From the NCBI RefSeq assembly GCF_004010195.1, contig NC_057728.1, positions 47,009,811 to 47,029,810 on the forward strand: a DNA stretch of 20,000 bases. Reading direction: 5' to 3'. Source of the DNA: Chiloscyllium plagiosum. Lineage: Eukaryota. The notes below the pieces were generated by a model that did no database searches, was not told the DNA's origin, and saw only the letters and a list, made by a program, of their open reading frames with translations. The position numbers and the translations under genes were made by a program. Shown here one piece after another: positions 11,014 to 20,000 of this stretch; the first letter of the stretch is position 1; every line of letters begins with the position of its first letter.

Positions 11014-11438
11014 AATACTGCGTACAGTTCTAGTCACTACATTACCAAAAGGATGTGGATGCTTTGGAGAGGTTGCAGAGGAGGTTCACCAGGATGTTGC
11101 CTGGTATGGAGGGTGCTGGCTATGAGAAGAGGTTGATTAGGATTATTTTCATTAGAAAGATGGAGATTGATGAGGGGCCTGATTGAGGCCTACAAAACCA
11201 TGAAAGGTATAGCCAGGCTGGATAATACTGCGTACAGTTCTAGTCACTACATTACCAAAAGGATGTGGATGCTTTGGAGAGGTTGCAGAGGAGGTTCACC
11301 AGGATGTTGCCTGGTAAGGAGGGTGCTGGCTATGAGAAGAGGTTGAGTAGATTAGGATTATTTTCATTAGAAAGATGGAGATTGATGAGGGGCCTGATTG
11401 AGGCCTACAAAACCATGAAAGGTATAGCCAGGCTGGAT
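11014..11438 (+). repeat. Tandem duplication inside CR1 (11014-11223 and 11224-11438)
   Basis: Two head-to-tail copies that differ by one substitution (ggtatgga/ggtaagga) and a 5-bp indel. Confidence 0.97.
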
Positions 11439-13224
11439 AGCAAGAAACTTGTACTCAGAGTGGGCGTCTCAGTTACTAGGGGTCATGAGTTCAAAGTGAG
11501 AGGGGAACAGTTTATGGGAAATATGCATCGAACGTTCTTTACACAGAAGGTGGTGGATGCCAGGAACATGTTGCCAGCGGAAGTGGTAGAAGCGGGCACA
11601 ATAGCGCCATTTAGGATATATCTAGACAGATACATGGATAGGCAGGGAACAAATGGATACAGACCCTTAGAAAATAGATGACAGGTTTAGATAGAGGATG
11701 TGGATCAGCGCAGGCTTGGAGGGCTGAAGGGCCTTTTCCTGTGCTGTAATTTTCTTTGTTCTTTGTTCTAAGCTGGTGTGGAGGTGGAGTGGTGGGATGG
11801 GGATAGGTGTTGATTGAGTAATCTGCCTTGAGGCATTGGTTCAGTAACTTAAATACGATAATGTGGTTGCTTAAATTGAATATAGCAGCTTTTGAGTTTA
11901 GTCCAGTTTCCTTGGGCTCAGGAAACCCAGCAACTGAAGGTGGAATGGGGGTGGTGAGAACTGCAGGATTCAAGAGTTAAGAGAGTTTTGCACAGTATTG
12001 CCAACAAAGACGAGGAACACTTCCCATCCACTACCCCTCTTCCCAATTCCCAGACACTCAAGCAAATATGGTGTCACAGAACACCTGGATCCACTGACCA
12101 TGCTCACCACAATAATCCAACATCCTACATCTCCTTATCTTCATTTCCAAACCTACTCCATTTCTGAGCCAGCTGTGGTTTCATGTCTCCTCCTCTACCC
12201 ACCAATAATCTCACTCCAAAGTGGTCTTCACACCCCTCCATGTGACCTCCTCTATTTGCCTATGATCTTACTATTCATAGCATTTCCTGTTTCCTCCTTC
12301 ATCCATGCCCAACTTTGACTTTCCTATCCGACAATCTGCCAACCTGTCAATCTGGCTGGGTACTAGCAGGGCAACAGAGTATAACAATTCAAATGATGTT
12401 CAGTAGGGCGTCTGAGTTAATTGCATTTTGAAATTTCCAGGCTATTTCATGCTTCCAAGTCCTCTCGCTCCTTCCAATCTCCTTATAGATACCAAGGGCA
12501 ATATACAGAAAACTCAAGCATGTGCTGTCTACAATTATTCCAACTATTAAATGCAATGCACATTTTACAGAGTTTTGTCTTACTTTTTAATCTTGGAGCT
12601 GGATTTTACAATTAAAATTGAAATTCAACCAGTTTATAGTTGAGTGAAAACAGTAATGATAATATTTCTATCTCCACAATTCCTTCAAGTTTGCTCAAGT
12701 ATTATTTGTTACCTGGATAAATTCATAGGACAGTTACAATGAAAATTCTTTAAAAATTGCTTTGCTAACTTTATGTCATCAGAATTTTGAAAGTATAATT
12801 CGTTAATAATATTTTTAATCTGAAAATCGGTCATCTTGTCTCTGGTCATCTGAATAGAATCTCTTTAACTACCCAAGAGTTCAGCGTTTATAGAACAAAG
12901 CTGGAAGTCAGCAGTGTAACTGCGTTCCTTCCAAAAACAAAACAAAATTAAGTTGAAAATTATGTTCTACAAAATAAAATTATGTTGGTGATTTAGATTA
13001 GTATTTTAATATGTGGTAAATTATGACAATCCTTGGAGAGTCTTGTAGAGAAGGCAGCTGAGTAGCAACATTTGTGCCCCAGTCATGAACCCAAGGCTGA
13101 TCGACTTCTGTCTGCCTTTCTTTTTTCTCTTTCTTTCAGTTGTGCTGTTTCTGTTTATCTTTTAGTTCCTTTTTTGGCAGCATTGCTCTCCTTCCCAGAG
13201 TGCCTGCAGCAGCAAAAGCAATGC

Positions 13225-13700
13225 ATTGAGTCATACAGCACAAAAACAGACCCTTTGGTTCAACTAGTCCATGCCGACCATAATCCCAAACTAAACTAGT
13301 TCCTCCGCCTGCGCTTAGCCCATATCCCTCCAAACTTTTCCTATTCACATACTTTTCCAAATGGCTTTAAACATTGTAACTGTACCCACATCCACCACTT
13401 CCTCTGGAAGTTCATTCCACACCGAACCACTCTCTGTGTTAAAAAGTTGCCCCTCATGTCTTTTTTAAATCTTTCTCCTCTCAGCTTAAAAGTATGCCTG
13501 CTAGTTTTGAAACACCCTATCTTAGGGAAAAGACCTATCTCTACCCCTCATGATTTTATAACCCTCGATAAGACCACCTGTCAACCTCCTACACTCCAGA
13601 TAAAAAGTCCCAGCCCCTCCAGCTTCTCCTGGTAACTCAAACCTTCCATTCCTGTCATCATCCCAATAAATCATTTCTGAAACCTCTTCAGCTTAATAAT
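13225..13700 (-). mobile_element. CR1 3'-end fragment
   Basis: The reverse complement resembles 1000-1440 (gtggaatgaacttccagaggaagtggtgg). ORF 13136..13360 reads YVNRKSLEGYGLSAG. Confidence 0.9.
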
Positions 13701-13921
13701 TCCTGGAATTATTAGCAGTGGCGGGAGCGGTTCCTTCCAGGGCAGTCAGCAGCGGTAATTTCCTTTTAAGACTGAGATAGATAGGTTCTTGAGTATCAAG
13801 GGTATCAAGGGTTATGGGGATAAAGTGGCAGAATGGGGTTTGAGGACTTTATCAGCCATGATTGAATGACAGAGCAGTATTGATGGGCTGAATGGCCTAA
13901 ATTCTGCTCCTATGTATTATG

Positions 13922-14020
13922 TGTCTAGATTAGTGTGGTGCTGGAAAAGCACAGCAGTCCCAGCAGCATCCGAGGAGCAGTAAAATCGACGTTTCGGGCA
14001 AAAGCTCTTCATCAGGAATA
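13922..14020 (-). mobile_element. Short Penelope-like insertion (family B) with hammerhead motif
   Basis: Perfect 13-bp TSD cctatgtattatg at 13909-13921 and 14021-14033. Homologous to 18428-18501 and 19811-19896. Confidence 0.85.
13984..14019 (-). ncRNA. Minimal type I hammerhead ribozyme motif (one stem II mismatch)
   Basis: rc = AUUC CUGAUGA A GAGC UUUU GCCC GAA ACGU C GAUU. Confidence 0.7.
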
Positions 14021-14059
14021 CCTATGTATTATGGTCTTATGTTCCTTTGCTGACATGAT

Positions 14060-14525
14060 GGTCACAAGAGGCAGAAGCAACAGACTGAGGCCTGTTCAAG
14101 ACCCAGCAGTTTCAGTGGACTCATGACCATGATGACGTCGGTGGAGTCAAGATGGCACTGAAGAATTGCTTCACAGTTCCAGTGACAATGATGGCTAGGC
14201 CTGGGTACCTGACAAGGGAGGCAGCGATGTTCCAGCTGCAGCGGTGTGTGGGGACTCAGGGCAACCTGAGTGGTCACAGGCTGAGGGATAGGCATTGTAG
14301 TTTTGTTTTCCTTGTGGTGAGGACTCATGGTGGAGGCGGGGGGTGGGGGGGTTGTTGGTGATCTGGACATTTCCTTTTCTTTTGACTGTTTCTTTTAGTT
14401 CTGCGTCTGTTTTTAATCCTGCCTTTTGTACAATGAGTTGGTGCCAGAGAATGGTGACTTTGTACACTTTTCACTGCACTCCTGTACTCAAGTCCACATG
14501 ACAATAAAATCTAAATATAAATATC
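14060..14525 (+). mobile_element. Non-autonomous retroposon remnant with L2/Rex1-like 3' tail
   Basis: GC-richer block ending tgtacacttttcactgcactc...catgacaataaaatctaaat, a LINE-type 3' terminus. Family assignment is from recall and the 5' boundary is uncertain. Confidence 0.45.
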
Positions 14526-17270
14526 TAATTTAAGGCAGTGTACTTTTTTTTAGTAATCATTACCTTATTGAGTTAAATATAATCTTGTAACCTTATAATC
14601 ATGAAGTTCAAAATTATGATTGACATTATGGTTGAAATTGTATTTTCAACCTTACAGTATCAGACAGGCAAGCTTGGTAAATGAAAAATCAATGTTGATT
14701 TGCATTACTAAGCTTATTGAGATCATTCATCTTTACTAGAATCTGATTACTCTTCCTTTTATTAAAATCAATTCATTAACAAACGGACAGGTAAATATAA
14801 AAGGTGATGGTTTATTCTTTATATTGCAAAACAGGTGGAGAAGATTAAAAACAGTACACCATGTTTAACACAGAAATAATTGTGATAATTAGCAATTAGC
14901 GAGAATGTTAGGAAGTGCTTTTCAACCTACAGAATCCAAATAGTTATCAAATTAAATTTTCATGAAAACATAATAATTTTCTACTTAACTAAGACTAATA
15001 CTCACTCAATCAATGTTGTCTCTAGATGTACAATATTTAAAATTAACTGATCTGAGACATGATCTTGCTAGCACATTGAGTCAATCCAGCGTCTTAAGAT
15101 GTAATGTAATAGTTTGACAGCTTTCCACTTTATTCATGCAATAAAGTGTGGATGAAAGACAGTGAACATCAAGATGATATGGATTCTCTAGACAAATGAC
15201 TATAGAAATTATTTGGAGCATGTGGAACACCTTGATCTTTACATTAGGTCCAGAACCTTTTCATCTAATTTCCCCAGATCCCCAGGCAATTTCTTCCCAA
15301 ACCTCCAGGTTTCAGGTTTAATACACAACTCCATCCACCTGGACGCCATCATCGGATGTTGCATCTGGTAATATTGGTCTCATTTTTAAAAACTATTGAT
15401 GAATTATTGTTCCCGCCAGATCTTCCTTAGCTGTGTTGACAGAAAGTTAAAGGATAGTTTGCTTTCAAAAGGAAGAGCACAATAGTGGAATGTGCATAAT
15501 CTAGGTCAGAAAATGGAAGTCCATGAGATTTATTTGCTGTAAAAAGGCACACCCTAAGGACACAATGGCAGAATGTTGGGGTGTTTCTTTTAAGAATTTA
15601 GAACAGCCTGTATTCCTTAATTCTTCCCAAGATCAGAAAACCTAGAATGACATAACTGGTATTATGTACTTTTTTTTCATAAATTAAGTGTGGAACATAA
15701 ATTTGATAGATGGAAGTGATGGAGGTAACTCAAATGTTTTAAGTATTCAAACTAATCTCCAGTAGCAATGGAGACAATGTTTAAAATAGCACTGAGCTTG
15801 TTACAATAGTTTGTCTTGAGAGAACGAAGCAAGGATATTCTATCGACATTCTATTTTTTAAAAATCCACATTGTGGATAATATGATAAATGCATCTGGGA
15901 GAATGCTTGGCAGTTAACGGTTCATTACCCATTAATGGGTATATTCTCCATGCTAATGCCTCTTTCTATCAAAGTTTACATGCCAACAAATCAGCAAATT
16001 CCTCTCATACAGTATAAATGTTGGTTTTGCCCATGAAGTGGTATTCTTGCAAATTGTCCTGAAGACAGCACAATGAAAAACTTTATCAAAATACGTCATT
16101 TTCAGATGATCATCTGTTGCACAGCTTCGAAGGTTGAACAGATCTGTGAATCAATGTACTCGGGCACAGGATTCAAATACAATTAAAATGTGAACCTTAA
16201 TACTGAAGAACACTGCATCCTTTTGAATGCAGAGGAGCACTTTATCCAGTCAATTATGTACTCTCATCCATCTGAATGCACACCACTAGTCAATAAAATA
16301 GTCACCCATGTTTTAAGAACAAAGCTTGATCATTGAATTAAAAACATGCAGAAATGATCATACAGCATATAGTTATATTATGTGAAGTTGCAAATGACTT
16401 TTAAACTTACCCTTTAGAAGGTGCCCAATTCTAGATCTGGCTTTCTCCTGATGGAATTACCTAGGTGAATTACTCAGAGACCAGAAGTGGTCACAAACCC
16501 TTCAGCACGATATCTGCTTCCTGAAAATATTAAAATCCAGGAGATTCAAAAACTAGGTAGGCAACAACATTCAAGTACCAATATCTGTTTTGATGCATTA
16601 AGATCACAACCTGCAGCCTACATTGATAAAGATTTCAGATGGTGATTTTAGAAATTCAAACACCCTGGCCACTGTTATCCCCTCACCAACACAGTTTTAT
16701 CCTCCATCAGGATGACAAAATCTAGTCTTTTGTCTACCCAGAGAGGGTCATCATTGACACAAGATTTTGGAATAGATTTCTGTTGTGACCATCTGGACTG
16801 TAATGTAGGCTATATAAACTCCGTCAGTTTATTCCATTGACTTCAACTGATTCAAATTCAGCTGATTCCTATTTAGTCATAGAAAATAGGGTCTAAACTA
16901 CAGTTGAATCATTTAATGAATGAGCATGCATTTATTTCTCTATTGGCTTTTAACATTCAAAGCCAAACAACTCTTAGATTCTGAGCCTTGTTACACATTA
17001 ACCACACTAACTATTTCCCCTTAAGCTGAACTCACTACTTTAAATTAAATGTTTTCACATAATAGCCAACTACAATAATTTGCCAAACATGAATGATGAT
17101 CCTATTCATATTAAAAAAAGTGTGCTCAGTATTCAGATTTAATCCTATGTGTGTTGTTGGAGGTATTTGAAAACTATTGTGACAAAACTATCACCAAAAC
17201 AGTATGCAAAAGTTGGAAAAACAAAATATTGTATCCGTAAAACAGTTTTTAATCAGCTGTTAAATTTATG

Positions 17271-17397
17271 ATTCGGAGATGCCGGTATTAGACTGGGGTG
17301 TACAAAGTTACCACAATCACCTGATGAAAGAGCGTCGCTCCGAAAGCTAGTGTGCTTCCAATTAAACCTGTTGGACTATAACCTGGTGTTGTGTGAT
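17271..17397. mobile_element. Short Penelope-like insertion (family A), internally inverted, with hammerhead motif
   Basis: Perfect 13-bp TSD tgttaaatttatg at 17258-17270 and 17398-17410. 17271-17310 is the rc of about 2102-2141, while 17353-17397 matches 2054-2098 directly. Confidence 0.85.
17318..17352 (+). ncRNA. Minimal type I hammerhead ribozyme motif (stem II basal pair A-C)
   Basis: CAC CUGAUGA A A GAGC GUC GCUC C GAA AGCU A GUG: stem I CAC/GUG, palindromic AGCU, cleavage triplet CUA. Confidence 0.7.
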
Positions 17398-17614
17398 TGT
17401 TAAATTTATGCTGATTGATCTTCAAACTGGAGTTCTAATATAATTCCTTCACATAGAAGGGAAACTAGAGGCAAGTATTGAGTGAGTTTGACCAGTTATA
17501 AAGTTCTTCTATGTCATATCAGTTTTGTTCAAAGCACTCCAGGAATAATGAATATCTGTACTCTGGGCAAAATCATTTACTTCGACTTACTAATGCAGCT
17601 TGGGACTCTACTAA

Positions 17615-18000
17615 CTGGAGTATAGGAGAATGAGAGGTGATCTCATTTTTTTGAGGGATTGACAAGGTAAATGCTGAGAGACTGTTTCCTCTCATAGGAG
17701 AGTCTAGGATCAAAGGGTGTAGTCTCAGAATTAAGGGGAGCCAAGTTAAGACTGAGATGAGAAAGAATTTCTTCTCTCAGAGGCGTGAGAGTTTTTGGAA
17801 CTCCTTGCCACAGAGAGCTGTAAGGGTAGAGTCCTAGTGAATATTTAAGGCTTAGACAGATTCTTGATCATTAGGGGAATCAAGAGTAATAGGGAAAAGG
17901 CAGGAAAGTGGAGTGAAGAATGTCAGAACCCCCATGATCCCATTGAATGGCAGAGCAGGCTCGAGGGCCAGCAGCTTACTCTTGTTCCTATTTCTTATGC
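17615..18000 (+). mobile_element. CR1 3'-end fragment
   Basis: ggagaatgagaggtgatctcatt (RMRGDLI) and aatttcttctctcagagg (NFFSQR), followed by a CR1-type 3'UTR. Confidence 0.9.
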
Positions 18001-18427
18001 GAGTATTGTTTTATGCCCTTTTGCAACTTTGGAGTCAGGCATGAAACCATCATTGTGAGTCAGCCACCTTTAATAAATAATGTCCAATTTCCATTTCAAA
18101 GCACTTGCAAATCTTGGCAGCAAATCAAAAGTCTTGCATTTGTCAAGAAATGTACAATATAGAAATGCAACTCAAGCTACCCATGTGCAAGATCAATTGA
18201 CAAGTTTCATGGTGAAAAGTTGAAGTATGTTCTCTTCACTTCTCTTGTACATCGTACAGACATGGGACATGAAGGTGAGTGTTATTTACTTTAAAAGACA
18301 CGTTAGCAGTGAGAAAACTAGTCACAAACACTTATTTTGCCATTCCTGGGGCTTTCAAGGTGGATTCTGGAGGGAGTTAAAGGTTGTTGCTGACATACAG
18401 GATAGCAAGGTTCAGACCAAGATTAGA

Positions 18428-18501
18428 GTCAAAAAGTGTGGTGCTGGAAAAGTACAGCCGAAGAGCAGGAGAGTTGACGTTTCGAGCATAAGCTCTTTCT
18501 C
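18428..18501 (-). mobile_element. Short Penelope-like insertion (family B), hammerhead truncated
   Basis: 11-bp TSD ccaagattaga at 18417-18427 and 18502-18512. The rc retains GAGC UUAU GCUC GAA ACGU C but lacks CUGANGA. Confidence 0.8.
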
Positions 18502-19810
18502 CCAAGATTAGAACAACCAACTTCTTACTGAATTGTGGAGTAAACCCACTGGGGCAAATTACTTTCTCAATCCTAATCCTTATTTTCTTATTCTTCGTTG
18601 TAATTTTTACTAGGTAGCTGATCCTATCCTTCTCCCTCCCCTCTGTGGTCTGCCATCCATCCTATGTGCGAATTCTAATATTAGCTTTGTCTTAGCTTTG
18701 ACTCACCACGAGCAATACCAGGGGACATCTGTTAGCAATTTTTTTTAAAAATTCAATTGACAAACATGCCAGGACTAATTTGTGGTTGCTCAGTTTGGCT
18801 GTCCTTGCTCAACCTTCTAACCCAACATTGCTACTTACCCTGCAGTCCTGTTCTGCAAACAATTGTGAGACCTTGAAACTAACTTTAACCAAGTGTAATT
18901 GCTGTAGGGTTCTCTGGGACTCATCAATTCTGAATGAGCACCTGCAGTCTAATTACTAGCTTGAAACACAGACCCAAAGACTGTCAGTCACTGGGAGGTT
19001 CTGTTAGACAATGCATTTTTCACGATAGATTACACCTTGTCGATGGAAATGGTTGACAACATTACAGCTGCACACAGGAATGCTGAAAGAGCTATGGAAT
19101 ATTTCTGCGCTCTTTTGGATATCGTAAGTGTGCCATTCCTTTCACAGCGGCTACTGAGTGAGAATTGTGCAGTTTTTGCTAGTCTCTCTCAGAGTCAAAT
19201 CATTGCATCATGAAAACCTCAGATTCCAAAGGACAAATATTAATCATAATCTTTCTTTGAGCAAAATAAGATGAATGAATTTGACGGCTGATTTTACTCC
19301 CATTTCCATAAGCCATACAATTGCTTATTAACTCTTTAACCAGAAACAGCTTTTTGGTAAAAATCTTAAATTTAGGCACAAGTTGCATATCAACCTTTTT
19401 ACTTTGTCATCGAAGCACAGTGGTGTGACTTTTCTCAATGTTTGCATTTTAATAGTGATGATGTTCAGGTGGAAGTACTTTAAGTCACTTGTGACCTTTT
19501 AACAATCTGCCTCAGAACTTTCTTGCACATTTCGAACCTGTTTGTATTTTGCCTATATCCCCACTGACTTCATTTTCATTTGTCAGTGTGCACTTTAGTA
19601 CTCACTGTAATAAACAGACTGTGCAATAACTTTTTTATTGACTGATTTATGAATGATGTAATCCAGATTTTTTTAAAAATGGTCTCTTATTTATTAATTT
19701 GCAATATGTGTTGAATGTGATTAGACCTTCTGCTGATAATGATCAATTAAGCTATTGCAGCTGGATATCATCAGATGTAACTTACTGAATCTGCTCTGTT
19801 CAGCTATAAA

Positions 19811-20000
19811 TGTATTGCTGGAAAAGTGCAGCAGGTCAGGCAGCACCCAAGGAGCAGGAGAATCAACGTTTCGGGCATGAGCCCTTCTTCAGGAATGAAG
19901 AAAGTGTGCCAAGCAGGCTAAGATAAAAGGTAGGGGGGAGGGATATTGGAAATGTGATAGGTGGAAGGAGGTTAAGGTGAGGGTGATAGGCTGGAGTGGG
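19811..20000 (-). mobile_element. Penelope-like element (family B) terminal region, probably continuing past the window
   Basis: 19811-19896 is homologous to 13935-14019. It is followed by a purine-rich extension with no TSD visible in the window. Confidence 0.75.
19861..19896 (-). ncRNA. Minimal type I hammerhead ribozyme motif, core intact
   Basis: rc = AUUC CUGAAGA A GGGC UCAU GCCC GAA ACGU U GAUU: both conserved boxes, a perfect 4-bp stem II, palindromic ACGU and triplet GUU. Confidence 0.78.

Larger units (their letters stand above)
9103..11769 (+). mobile_element. Long CR1 LINE ORF2 pseudogene (endonuclease end through RT to 3'UTR)
   Basis: Frameshifted pieces include WGKANY..IRQEL, ILNEYFASV, KSPGLDEIYPRLLRE, YMDFSKAFDKVSHGRL, LERLQRRFTRMLPG and FFTQKVV. 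Tail is ttctttgttctttgttct. Confidence 0.96.
13762..14045 (+). mobile_element. Short CR1 3'-end fragment, tail split by a Penelope-like insertion
   Basis: tttaagactgagatagataggttcttg...gatgggctgaatggccta...tgctcctatg is homologous to the 3'UTRs at 7650-7800 (rc) and 17840-18000. Confidence 0.85.

Noticed and set aside
11990..12320. C-rich block as a decayed Penelope GIY-YIG fragment
   Set aside because: The resemblance is too faint to support without an alignment.
19200..19600. Minus-strand ORF region as an exon
   Set aside because: Upstream frames checked are interrupted by stops and the peptide is unrecognisable.

Overview
Repeat-dense, gene-poor eukaryotic DNA, intronic or intergenic. 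The repeat families suggest a cartilaginous fish such as a bamboo or carpet shark (inference from recall). I recognise no host protein-coding gene, and the recognisable ORFs are broken LINE reverse-transcriptase fragments. The window holds six CR1-type LINE pieces, two copies of an older decayed LINE family, a probable solo LTR, a TA-flanked Tigger/pogo-like MITE and SINE-like remnants. The most interesting signal is six short Penelope-like insertions from about three related families, five with 7-13 bp target-site duplications (TSDs). They carry intact, mutated or split minimal hammerhead-ribozyme motifs (CUGANGA-stem II-GAA-palindrome-NUH) with compensatory stem changes between copies. Also notable: a 271-bp, 270/271-identical inverted duplication of old LINE sequence (2277-2547 vs 3487-3757), a recent 210/215-bp tandem duplication inside a CR1, and a few unverified splice-site-bounded exon candidates.
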